DNA of 64,000 nt, from assembly GCA_963847445.1 (NCBI GenBank), contig CAWJZV010000044.1, positions 1 to 64,000 of the forward strand, read 5' to 3'. The position numbers and the translations under genes were made by a program. This DNA is from an uncultured delta proteobacterium. Lineage in GTDB: Bacteria; Desulfobacterota; Binatia; UBA9968. This document shows, in pieces, positions 1-10,224 of this stretch; the first letter of the stretch is position 1; each line of letters opens with the position of its first letter. The notes under the pieces are model-generated. The model worked only from the letters and a program-made list of their open reading frames with translations. It made no database searches and was not told where the DNA came from.

Positions 1-190
1 CAATCGCCAGATCGAGGCGGCGCGAAGTTGCCGGCTCCAGACAATCGCGATTAGCTAACCTCGAGCCAGCGCCTACTTTAGGTTTAGGTCTTGAACCTTG
101 ATCATCTGATAATCGGAATCCGTATTGTGCGAGGGTCGCATCAACTCAATCAAGATTGCCGGCATGCCCATGGCTTGCTAACGTACCGGC

Positions 191-424
191 ATGGCAAGTA
201 TTCAGGTCAAAAACATACCAGAGAAGCTGCATAACCAGCTGCGCCGTTATGCGCGCCAGCAGGAGTGCACGCTTGGCGAGATCGTCTTGGAAGCCATTGA
301 GCGGGAAGTCGCTCGGCGGGAATGGCACAAGCGTTTTTCCACCCGCCCGGCGACCCGGCTTGGTACTTCAGCGGCGCAGCTGCTCGATGAGGAACGCCGG
401 CAGCGTGGCAGCGGGCTACCGTGA
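191..424 (+). CDS. FitA/VapB-like ribbon-helix-helix antitoxin
   Basis: 77 aa, MASIQVKNIPEKLHNQLRRYA RHH-type N-terminus; stop overlaps GTG start (GTGA) of downstream PIN gene. Confidence 0.8.
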   Translation: MASIQVKNIPEKLHNQLRRYARQQECTLGEIVLEAIEREVARREWHKRFSTRPATRLGTSAAQLLDEERRQRGSGLP

Positions 425-821
425 GCCGTTACGTCATCGACGCGTCGGCGGCTACGGAATATCTGCTTCGAACGCCATTGGGGTTAAAACTGGTCGACAT
501 CCTTGACGACGCGACGCTGCTGGCGCCAGAGCTGTTGGATATCGAAGTGATGTCGCTAGTATGACGCGCGGTGCTTCGCGGCGAGCTTTCCGGCCAACGG
601 GCGGCACTTGCTCTCGATGACCTGACGGATTGAGGCGTCGATCGAATTCCCCACCTGCGACTGCTCCGATTTGCATGGCAACATCGAAACAATGTCAGTG
701 CCTACGACGCTTTTTATGTAGCCGCGGCGCGTCTCGCCAACGCAATCCCGCTAACCACCGACGGCCCACTTCCCGCGCACCCTCGCTCGGAATTACCGTA
801 GAAAATATCAACTTGCCGTAG
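421..821 (+). pseudogene. VapC/PIN-domain toxin, disrupted
   Basis: Manual translation: VSRYVIDASAA...LLAPELLDIEV...NVSAYDAFYVAAA...LTTD; in-frame TGA at 562-564 and 631-633, frameshift near 770. Confidence 0.8.
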
Positions 822-863
822 CACATAGATGGAGCGGCAGCGCCGGGCTTGAACAGCGCGGAC

Positions 864-1956
864 TTACACTCTGAACTGTGCAATCAGGTCGTCCTCCGGG
901 TCCGCGCCGAGACCTGGGCCCTGCGGAACTTCAACTCCGCCGTTGATCACAGGCACGGTCTTGGCGAACGGCGTGGCGCCAAAATCGGCAAACATGCGCT
1001 CGAGCGGAGAATCTTTCTCTTTTGCCGCGAGGCAATGCAACACCGCTAGAAAAGCCGGTCCCAGATAAAAAGCGTTCGGCACGCAGGTGGCGCCCGCCTG
1101 CTCGACCTCGGCTGCTACTTTTGCCATGGCGGTGATGCCCAGCTTGACCATGGCGGGCTGAACGTAATCAGCCTTGCCAATGGTGACCATTCGGCGAAAC
1201 TCGCGCAGACTGGTTGCGTTCTCGCCGATCCCCATGGGTACGCCGGTGACCGTGCGCAGCTTGGCAAGTGCTTCGAAGTCCTCCGGAGGATAGATCGGCT
1301 CCTCGACCCAGAACGGCTTGTACGGCGCCATCGCCGCGACCGCCGCCTCGGCTTCGGCCGGTGTCCAAGCGCAGTTGGTATCCACCATAAGAGGAATGTC
1401 CGGGCCCGTCACCTCGCGCGCGGCAGCGACCGCCTCGGGGGTGCGCTCATGCAGCTTAATCAGGCGATAGCCGCGTTCGAGAGCGCGAGCGGTGTTGCGC
1501 TTAATGTGCTCTGAGTTGCCGGAATATTGAAGCAACGAGGCATAGCATTCGACGCGCGTTCGCTTGGCGCCGCCAAGGAGCGTCGACACCGGAACACCCG
1601 CAAGCTTCCCCCGAATGTCCCACAGCGCAATGTCGAGTCCCGCGAGCGCGTGGGCCAGCGGACCGGAGCGGCTCAATGAAAGCAGCATGCGTTCTATGCG
1701 TGGGACGAGTTGCCTCATCCGAGGCGCTCTGGCCAACGGCGAGACGCCTGATCCAGTTGTCGAACGCTGCGACGACCATGGGACGGGCTGTGCCGAATGA
1801 CTCACCCCAGCCCACCACGCCGCCACTGGTCGTCACGCGCACATAAAGGCTTTCAACATGCGTGCGCGGCACACCTTGAGACATTGGCGCCGGAGCCCAG
1901 ATGTCCAACGGAACGCGCAGCGCAATAGTCTCGATCGCTGAGATTGTCTCGTCCAT
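864..1956 (-). CDS. Mandelate racemase/muconate lactonizing enzyme (enolase superfamily), frameshift near 1715
   Basis: GVVGWGESF, AGLDIALWDIRGK, IKLH, LMVDTN, WVEEP, GEN motifs across ORFs 1501..2016 and 864..1826. Confidence 0.85.
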
Positions 1957-2264
1957 GTTCCCATCATACAAAGCAGGAATTCCTGAAAATGTCGAGCCAC
2001 ATCGCTCCCCCGCCAACTTGAAGTCGGTTCAAGCAAGCAGGGCAAGCTTAAACAACAAGATGAAATTCGCCAAAACGTAAGGATGCGGCACGCCATCCAC
2101 ATATTTTTTTGGCGCCACTGTAGACACACGAGGCGATGTCCGAGTCCTGTACTGACAAACGACTTCGCGCTACAACAAAGTGGTGATGACGCTTGCCGCG
2201 ATTCGAAGCGCCGGCCGAAGCCGCTCATTTTGGGCAAATATTCAAGCAATAGTTGGAGACCCAT

Positions 2265-2690
2265 ATGTATCAAAGCATCGACTTGGAATCCTTCATAGCA
2301 GCGGCGGGCGATGCGATCATCGCGGTGGGAAAAGACGGTAAGATCATTCTATGGAACCCGGCGGCCGAGCGAATTTTCGGTTTCACGGCCAAGGATGCCG
2401 TTGGCCAATCCCTCGACCTGATTGTTCCCGAGCGATTTCGCGAGCGCCACTGGAACGGTTTTCGCCAGGTGATGCTCTCTGGCCATTCTCGTTATGGCAC
2501 CGAAGTACTGCGCGTGCCGGCTCTGCACAAAGACGGGCGCGCTCTCTCTATCGCGTTTACAGTTGCCCTGGTCAATTCACCCGACGGTGAATCTCAGGCA
2601 ATTGTTGCAATTGTTCGCGATGACACTCAACGATGGCAAGAGGAACGCGAGCTGCGACGCCGGCTAGCCGAGCTGGAGCGCCCGACTTAG
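2265..2690 (+). CDS. Stand-alone PAS domain protein
   Basis: DAII..GKIILWNPAAERIFG..GQSLDLIVPE..HKDG..AIVRD; GGAGA RBS before ATG 2265. Confidence 0.85.
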   Translation: MYQSIDLESFIAAAGDAIIAVGKDGKIILWNPAAERIFGFTAKDAVGQSLDLIVPERFRERHWNGFRQVMLSGHSRYGTEVLRVPALHKDGRALSIAFTVALVNSPDGESQAIVAIVRDDTQRWQEERELRRRLAELERPT

Positions 2691-3001
2691 TGATTTTTCG
2701 CGAAGGAACCTTGCATCGGCAGCGAATTTTGTTTTTGGCGGTTACTCCACCTTGCTAATTTGCGGTTAATCTCTAGCAGCCAGGCCTTGCTGCGACGAAT
2801 GTGTTTTCTTATTTGACAGAGCGTGGCGAGCGGCAGTAGAAATCATCACGACAATCGGATTTACGGGGAGTGCGTGAAACGGCGCCACCCTCGTTGGATG
2901 GCGCCAGGCCGGTACAGTGCCTCTGAAGCAACGTCTTCAGTTAAAAGAAGAAGGAGTCACGATGCTCCAACCGCCAATAGGTTACACGGCGTAAGTCTAT
3001 C

Positions 3002-3967
3002 ATGACACTGATCACCGCGCTGGTCGCCTCGTTTTGCGCCACCGACGCTCACGGCCAGGATAAGATCAGGGTTGGCTATGGGTCGCTGAGCACAAGCTAC
3101 GCCGCGATATGGGTGGCGGGCGAGGCTCGCTTGTTTCAGAAGAACGGCATCGATGCGGAAGTTCTTTACCTGGAGAGCGCGCTCGTCCGCGCGGCATTGC
3201 TCACCGGCGATATTGCCATGGGCGGCATGTCGGGGACGACCATGGCCGCGCCGCGCTTGCAAGGCGCGGATCCGATACTGATCGCGAGCTTTTCAAATTC
3301 GCTTCAGTACCGCTTGGTCGTGCGGCCGGATATTAGAACGGTTGCCGATCTCAAGGGCAAGCGCGTCGGGGTCGCGGGCTTTGGCTTAGGTGCGCACCGC
3401 GGCGCGCAGATCATGTTGGCCAAGCTCGGACTCAATCCCGATACCGATGTGACCATGCTGCAAATCGGCGGCGACCCGACACGCCTGGCGGCTTTGCTGA
3501 GCGGCACCATCGATGCCTCGGTGTTCAATCCACCGCTTCACAAACGCGCGGCGGAAGCAGGCATGAGAGTGTTGGCGAATATTGAAGACATGGGATTTTC
3601 GGTTCAGGCCTCCGCGCTGGTCACCACGGACCGGTTCACGAAAAAGAACTACGACCTCACACGGCGCGCCGTTCGATCGATCATCGAATCGATCCACCTG
3701 ATAAAAACCAACCCAGAGATCACCAAACGGTCGATCAGAAAATACCTGCGCTTCAAAGACGAGCGCGACACGGAAGAAGCCTATCAAATCATGCGCGACA
3801 CTCTGGCGAGAAAACCCTATCCGACCGTCGAAGGCATCAAGACGGTCCTCGAAGAGCTGAGCCCGAAGTTGCCCGCGGCAAAAACCGCTCAGCCGCGCGA
3901 TTTCATGGACACGCGGTTCATCGATGAGCTCGATCGCTCGGGTTATATCGACCGGCTTTACAAATGA
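3002..3967 (+). CDS. ABC substrate-binding protein, NMT1/SsuA-like
   Basis: Signal-like N-terminus, DLKGKRVG, IGGDPTRLAAL, C-terminal DTRFIDELDRSGYIDRLYK. Confidence 0.85.
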   Translation: MTLITALVASFCATDAHGQDKIRVGYGSLSTSYAAIWVAGEARLFQKNGIDAEVLYLESALVRAALLTGDIAMGGMSGTTMAAPRLQGADPILIASFSNSLQYRLVVRPDIRTVADLKGKRVGVAGFGLGAHRGAQIMLAKLGLNPDTDVTMLQIGGDPTRLAALLSGTIDASVFNPPLHKRAAEAGMRVLANIEDMGFSVQASALVTTDRFTKKNYDLTRRAVRSIIESIHLIKTNPEITKRSIRKYLRFKDERDTEEAYQIMRDTLARKPYPTVEGIKTVLEELSPKLPAAKTAQPRDFMDTRFIDELDRSGYIDRLYK

Positions 3968-4030
3968 AATTTCGCAGCCCAATCGCCGCTTCGGCCCATG
4001 GGTCGCGCTCAAAGCATGCGCACAAGGCTC

Positions 4031-5002
4031 TCAAGCCAGGATCCTCGGGCCAAACAATTTGACCGCGTTGTCCCACAGAATCTTGCGCCTGTAGTCGTCG
4101 GCAATAGGTTGGGCGTCCAGATCGGGGAGCGCTCGTTTTGGCTCGATCGCATCAGGGTGCGGGTAATCCGTATTCCAGACAATATTCTCGCCCTTGAGAT
4201 CCTCCACCACATACTTGAGAGCCCGCTCATCGCTGTCGCAAGAGATTAGGCACTGTCGCATGAAGTATTCGCTCGGCAGCATTCGCAGTTTTTCCGATCT
4301 TCCCATGACGCTATTGCGCCCATGGGTATGATCATCCATGCGGCCAAGCCAGAAGGGCAGCCAGCCGGCGTTAGATTCGAGTATCGCGACGCGCAGCTTG
4401 GGAAAGCGCTCGAGAATGCCGGTGAAAATAAAATGGCCGAGGGTGGTCATGTTGTCGCAAGGAAATCCCAGCGCATGGTCCAGGCCGCGCAGCGCCAAAT
4501 CCATGTCGTCTTGCCGTTGGCCTTCAAGCTGGCGAAACGGATGAAAGCGCCGCTGCCGGTATTCGCCGTGGGCCGAGATCGGAAAATCCAACTCAGAGGC
4601 GAGCGCCCAGAGCGCGTCATATTCCGGTTCATGCAGATACTTGCCGACCGGAAGAAACGGGTTACGCACCGATACCGCGCCAAGTTCGGTGACCGCGCGC
4701 CGCGCTTCCTTGACCATTTCGCCGATATCTGAACCGGGCAGGACCGCGACAAACTTCAGCCGCTTCGAATCGGCACTACAATAGTCACGACACCAATTAT
4801 TGTATGCGCGGCACATGGCAGCGCCCAATTCGAGATCCGTCAACGCAACCCGGTAAGCGAAGTTACCATTGTTGCCGGTCGGCAGCAGGACTTGAATGTC
4901 CCAGCCATACTTATCCATGTCCTTGAGCCGGATCTCTGCGGACCACCATTGGCGATAAGCTTCGCCGTACTTTTCCTCCAATACCGCCCAGGCACTCGCC
5001 GG
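4031..5002 (-). pseudogene. 5'-truncated copy of amidohydrolase (duplication)
   Basis: Matches 5951..7108 from PASAWAVLEE onward; lacks N-terminal DADAH motif. Confidence 0.85.
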
Positions 5003-5887
5003 TCGCTGAGCACAAGCTACGCCGCGATATGGGTGGCGGGCGAGGCGCGCTTGTTTCAGAAGAACGGCATCGATGCGGAAGTTCTTTACCTGGAGAGCGC
5101 GCTCGTCCGCGCGGCATTGCTCACCGGCGATATTGCCATGGGCGGCATGTCGGGGACGACCATGGCCGCGCCGCGCTTGCAAGGCGCGGATCCGATACTG
5201 ATCGCGAGCTTTTCAAATTCGCTGCAGTACCGCTTGGTCGTGCGGCCGGATATTCGAACGGTTGGCGATCTCAAGGGCAAGCGCGTCGGGGTCGCGGGCT
5301 TTGGCTTAGGAGCGCACCGCGGGGCGCAGATCATGTTGGCCAAGCTCGGACTCAATCCCGATACCGATGTGACCATGCTGCAAATCGGCGGCGACCCGAC
5401 GCGCCTGGCGGCTCTGCTGAGCGGCACCATCGATGCCTCGGTGTTCAATCCACCGCTTCACAAACGCGCGGCGGAAGCAGGCATGAGAGTGTTGGCGAAT
5501 ATTGAAGACATGGGATTTTCGGTTCAGGCCTCCGCGCTGGTCACGACGGACCGGTTCACGAAAAAGAACTACGACCTCACACGGCGCGCCGTTCGATCGA
5601 TCATCGAATCGATCCACCTGATCAAGACCAACCCGGAGATCACCAAACGGTCGATCAGAAAATACCTGCGCTTCAAAGACGAGCGCGACACGGAAGAAGC
5701 CTATCAAATCATGCGCGACACTCTGGCGAGAAAACCCTATCCGACCGTCGAAGGCGTCAAGACGGTGCTCGACGAGCTGAGCCCGAAGTTGCCCGCGGCA
5801 AAAACCGCTCAGCCGCGCGATTTCATGGACACGCGGTTCATCGATGAGCTCGATCGCTCGGGTTATATCGACCGGCTTTACAAATAG
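5001..5887 (+). pseudogene. 5'-truncated copy of substrate-binding protein (duplication)
   Basis: Matches 3002..3967 from SLSTSYAAIW onward; lacks start and signal peptide. Confidence 0.85.
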
Positions 5888-5950
5888 AATTTCGCAGCCC
5901 AATCGCCGCTTCGGCCCATGGGTCGCGCTCAAAGAATGCGCACAAGGCTC

Positions 5951-7108
5951 TCAATCCAGGATCCTCGGGCCAAACAATTTGACCGCGTTGTCCCACAGAA
6001 TCTTGCGCCTGTAGTCGTCGGCAATAGGTTGGGCGTCCAGATCGGGGAGCGCTCGTTTTGGCTCGATCGCATCAGGGTGCGGGTAATCCGTGTTCCAGAC
6101 AATGTTCTCGCCCTTTAAATCCTCCACCACATACTTGAGAGCCCGCTCATCGCTGTCGCAAGAGATTAGGCACTGGCGCATGAAGTATTCGCTCGGCAGC
6201 ATCCGCAGTTTTTCCGATCTTCCCATGACGCTATTGCGCCCATGGGTATGATCATCCATGCGGCCAAGCCAGAAGGGCAGCCAGCCGGCGTTAGATTCGA
6301 GTATCGCGACGCGCAGCTTGGGAAAGCGCTCGAGAATGCCGGTGAAGATAAAATGGCCGAGGGTGGTCATGTTGTCGCAAGGAAATCCCAGCGCATGGTC
6401 CAGGCCGCGCAGCGCCAAATCCATGTCGTCTTGCCGTTGGCCTTCAAGCTGGCGAAACGGATGAAAGCGACGCTGCCGGTATTCGCCGTGGGCCGAGATC
6501 GGAAAATCCAACTCAGAGGCGAGCGCCCAGAGCGCGTCATATTCCGGTTCATGCAGATACTTGCCGACCGGAAGAAACGGGTTACGCACCGATACCGCGC
6601 CAAGTTCGGTGACCGCGCGCCGCGCTTCCTTGACCATTTCGCCGATATCTGAACCGGGCAGGACCGCAACAAACTTCAGCCGCTTCGAATCGGCGCTACA
6701 ATAGTCACGGCACCAATTATTGTATGCGCGGCACATGGCAGCGCCCAATTCGAGATCCGTCAACGCGACCCGGTAAGCGAAGTTACCGTTGTTGCCGGTC
6801 GGCAGCAGGACTTGAATGTCCCAGCCATACTTATCCATGTCCTTGAGCCGGATCTCTGCGGACCACCACTGGCGATAAGCTTCGCCATACTTTTCCTCCA
6901 ATACCGCCCAGGCACTCGCCGGCGGCCGGAGTTGCAGATCGCCTTTAGGAATAATCTTACCATCGGGCTCATACACCATGAACACACCGTCCATGAAAGC
7001 GACCTTTGGAACGCGATCACGGAACTTCGGTTCGACATATCGATCCCAAAGATATTCGGGTTCGTGCATATGGGCATCGGCATCGATGACCTTCATTCCC
7101 TTCCACAT
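5951..7108 (-). CDS. Amidohydrolase family 2 protein
   Basis: VIDADAH, AYNNW, LERFPKLRVAILES, WNTDYPHPD motifs; AGGAG RBS. Confidence 0.9.
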   Translation of the reverse strand: MWKGMKVIDADAHMHEPEYLWDRYVEPKFRDRVPKVAFMDGVFMVYEPDGKIIPKGDLQLRPPASAWAVLEEKYGEAYRQWWSAEIRLKDMDKYGWDIQVLLPTGNNGNFAYRVALTDLELGAAMCRAYNNWCRDYCSADSKRLKFVAVLPGSDIGEMVKEARRAVTELGAVSVRNPFLPVGKYLHEPEYDALWALASELDFPISAHGEYRQRRFHPFRQLEGQRQDDMDLALRGLDHALGFPCDNMTTLGHFIFTGILERFPKLRVAILESNAGWLPFWLGRMDDHTHGRNSVMGRSEKLRMLPSEYFMRQCLISCDSDERALKYVVEDLKGENIVWNTDYPHPDAIEPKRALPDLDAQPIADDYRRKILWDNAVKLFGPRILD

Positions 7109-7280
7109 GGTTGAGTCTCCTTTGCGATCAATCTAGCTCGGACAGTAGGTGATACGACGACTTGGTGTCAACAGTTCGAAGTGCGCGGTTCAGCACGGAC
7201 CAATGTCGCGACAGGCCCGATAGCTCTTGGAGCGTCACCGCAGCGAGAACAAACAGGTTGCCGTCGGACGACTAATTAAT

Positions 7281-8259
7281 TCAACGGTAAAGGCCGTCGA
7301 TGTAACCGGAGCGGTCTAACTCCTCCAAAGCCCTCACGTCAACAAAATCTTTTGGCTCTGCGGTCCTACGCCGCGGGAATCTTTGAACTCAACTCGCTGA
7401 TGATATTCTTGAGCCCTTCCAAGGTGGGATAAGGCTTTCTTTGTGTGAGGCTGTCAAGAATCTCATAGGCCTCGTCCAGTTCTTTTTGGTCTTTCATGCG
7501 CATGTATTTGCCGATCGCCCGCTTGGTCACTTCCGGGTTGGTCTTAATCAAATGGATCCCTTCGACAAATGACTTTACCAGCCGGCGCGTGACCTCCGGG
7601 TTTTTCGCGATAAAACGCTGCGATGTCACCAGCGCTGAATTTTGAAAAGGAATCCCCATCTCCGCCATATTCGCCAGGACCCTCATGCCGGCCTCGACCG
7701 CCCTTTTATGTATTGGTGGATTCAAGACCGTGGCATCGATCGAGCCATTGATCAGCGCGGCGAGCCGAGTCGCCTCGCCGCCAGTTTGTAAAAGGGTAAC
7801 ATCCTTATCAGGATTGAGCCCGAGCTTCGCTACCACCAGACGGGCCGCCCGTTCGGCGACAAGCCCGAAGCCGGCCACGCCCACGCGCTTTCCCTTGAGA
7901 TCCGCCGCCGACTTGATCTCCGGACGAACAACCAAACGGAACGGCAAGTAATTCTGAAACCCCAGGAGCACCACCAAGTCAGCGCCTTGAAGCTTGGGCG
8001 CAGCCATGGCGGCGCCCGACATCGCGCCGATCGGAATATCTCCGGAAATCAAAGCCGTGCGGACCAAATTGCTTTCGAGATAAAGCACATCCACGTCCAG
8101 ACCATTCTTTTCAAACAACCGTCCCTCCTTGGTGATCCAGATCAGCGCATAGCCCAAGGAGAAAGCACCGTAACCGATTTTCAAGTTTTCGGCTCGGCTC
8201 GAACCGGTGGACATCCCGAATGTCACAATCAATACCAATGATACATATCGCAGTTTCAT
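7281..8259 (-). CDS. ABC substrate-binding protein, NMT1/SsuA-like (frameshift near 7368)
   Basis: Paralog of 3002..3967; C-terminus RTAEPKDFVDVRALEELDRSGYIDGLYR* continues in shifted frame to 7281. Confidence 0.8.
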
Positions 8260-8535
8260 ATACTTTCGACTTACGCCGACCAACGCTAAGGATTTCGGAT
8301 TGATCGACGCGCCGCGCCCTTTATCAACTCTACACATTCGTTGGACGACTACCACGGCGCGCTTCGAACCGTCAATAACATATTCCAGGAATCGCTCAGC
8401 CTTTCACTCTTGTCAGCCCGCCACTTGTTTCTGTATGGTAACGACTGTCGTCATTGTCGGCTGTCGAATCTCGACTCAATCGCAGTCGAGCGATGAGGCG
8501 AATTCACAAGTCACGAGCGTCGAACGGAGGTTTCC

Positions 8536-10065
8536 ATGATTGGACAGACTGATAGGAAGATCAGCTTAGCAGTCATTCTCCTTTTCCTAGCCGTTGTCAG
8601 CCGGGTGCAACCTGCGGCTGCGCAGACGCGCGTCACCGTCGGCGTAACCGAGACCATGGAGACCTTTCATCCCTACGGCGACAGCGTGGCGCTGCTCAAT
8701 ACGATCTGGTGCCAGGTCAACGGTTGCCTGGTCGGCTATGATTTTGACAAAGGCGATTACGTCGGCCTGTTAGCCGAGCGCTGGGAAGTCAAAAATCCCA
8801 CCACATGGATATTTTACTTGCGAAAAAACCTGCGATTCCACGACGGCACGCCAATGACCGCGGCCGACGTGGTGCACTCTTATAAGCGGGTCAGCACCGA
8901 CCCGCAAAGTAAACAGATGCAAAATGTTTCGCCCATCGCCAGCGCGGAGGCGATCAATCCCACGACGGTGCAGATCACCACCAAAGAACCGACGGCGCCG
9001 TTGCTGGAGTATATTTCGGATAAGTTTTCCATCACCAGCAAGGCCGTCTATGACAAGTACGGCCCCGAAGTCGGCGACCGAAAGTTTCCCATCGGCGCCG
9101 GACCGTACAAGTTCAAAGAACTGATTCCGGGACAACACTTCGTGATTGCCAAGAATCTTGAGCATCCTGACGTAAAGAAAAATCCTCAGGCGCCCGATGA
9201 ACTGATTTACCGCGTCATGCGCGAGCCCGAGCAGCGCATGACCGCGCTGCTCAACGGCGAGATCCAAATCGCCCAGTTCGTCCCGCCGCATCTGCGCGAA
9301 CGGATCGAAGCCAATCCCAACAGCCGGTTAGTTTCGGTGGACTCCATGGAGATCATGTTTTTAGCGATGAGTCCCAAGGTCAAGCCCTGGGACAACAAAC
9401 TCATGCGCCAGGCGGTTGCTTACGCCATCGACCGTGACACCATCATCGCCACGCTATTAAGAGGGCAGGCCACGCGGTTGGATGGACCCATCGGCCAGGG
9501 CCAATATGGATTCGATCCGAAGTTAAAGCCCAAGTACGAGTTTAACCTCGAGAAGGCGCGCCAGCTGGTCAAACAGGCAGGCTATGCCAACGGCGTCGAC
9601 GTTGAGCTCTCGACGCCGGTAAGCCGCTACACGTTGGACAAGCAGATCGCGGAGGCCATCGTGCCGATGCTGAACGCCGCCGGCATCCGGGCGAAGCTAC
9701 AGACGCCGGAGTGGGCGACGCTTTGGGCTAACGTGCAGCAGGGGAAAGTGCCTTTTTATTACATGGGGCGCGGCGGTATCATCGATCCCAGCCCGGCGAT
9801 TTCCCAATATTTTGAAACCGGCGCCTCCCCTCGTATCGGCTATTCGAATCCGCAATTGGACAAGCTCTTGGCCCAAGAACGGCAGACCTTCGATGCCGCC
9901 AAACGCAAACGGATTCTCGCTCAGGCCATGAGCTTGATCACCGAAGACGCGCCGGCGCACTTCCTGTGGCGCCATCAACTTACCGACGGGGTCAGCAAAA
10001 GTATCGAGTACAAAGCCAGACCGGACTTACGAGTCTTCGGCTTGAATATCAAAGTGCTGCGCTAG
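8536..10065 (+). CDS. ABC substrate-binding protein family 5 (DppA/OppA-like)
   Basis: Signal peptide; LAERWE, LRKNLRFHDGTPMTAADVVHS, GAGPYKF, RQAVAYAIDR. Confidence 0.9.
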   Translation: MIGQTDRKISLAVILLFLAVVSRVQPAAAQTRVTVGVTETMETFHPYGDSVALLNTIWCQVNGCLVGYDFDKGDYVGLLAERWEVKNPTTWIFYLRKNLRFHDGTPMTAADVVHSYKRVSTDPQSKQMQNVSPIASAEAINPTTVQITTKEPTAPLLEYISDKFSITSKAVYDKYGPEVGDRKFPIGAGPYKFKELIPGQHFVIAKNLEHPDVKKNPQAPDELIYRVMREPEQRMTALLNGEIQIAQFVPPHLRERIEANPNSRLVSVDSMEIMFLAMSPKVKPWDNKLMRQAVAYAIDRDTIIATLLRGQATRLDGPIGQGQYGFDPKLKPKYEFNLEKARQLVKQAGYANGVDVELSTPVSRYTLDKQIAEAIVPMLNAAGIRAKLQTPEWATLWANVQQGKVPFYYMGRGGIIDPSPAISQYFETGASPRIGYSNPQLDKLLAQERQTFDAAKRKRILAQAMSLITEDAPAHFLWRHQLTDGVSKSIEYKARPDLRVFGLNIKVLR

Positions 10066-10120
10066 CAACTAACGGCGAGAAATGACAGGTGCCGGGGCAG
10101 ATAGGCAAGCTAAGGGAGAA

Positions 10121-10195
10121 GAAAAGGGGGTCGGGAGTCTTTTTGATTTTTAACTTGAAGAAATTGACTTACGAAAAGACTCCCGACCCCTTTTC
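10121..10195. repeat. Inverted repeat, REP-like (GAAAAGGGGGTCGGGAGTCTTTT...AAAAGACTCCCGACCCCTTTTC)
   Basis: About 22-bp near-perfect arms around an AT-rich 30-bp loop. Confidence 0.8.
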
Positions 10196-10224
10196 CGATT
10201 CCGTTTCCGATTGGCTGGACTACC

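Larger units (their letters stand above)
3081..6922. repeat. Direct tandem duplication, period 1920 bp
   Basis: 3081-5000 matches 5001-6920 with scattered substitutions; junction at 5001 with GG microhomology. Confidence 0.95.

Noticed and set aside
421-821. TGA recoding (selenocysteine or alternative genetic code) in vapC
   Set aside because: TGA is used as a normal stop throughout the window, the positions fit Arg/Trp rather than Cys, and the gene also has a frameshift.
4031-5887. ORFs 4031..5182 and 4892..5887 as novel chimeric overlapping genes
   Set aside because: Their N-termini are antisense read-through across the duplication junction.
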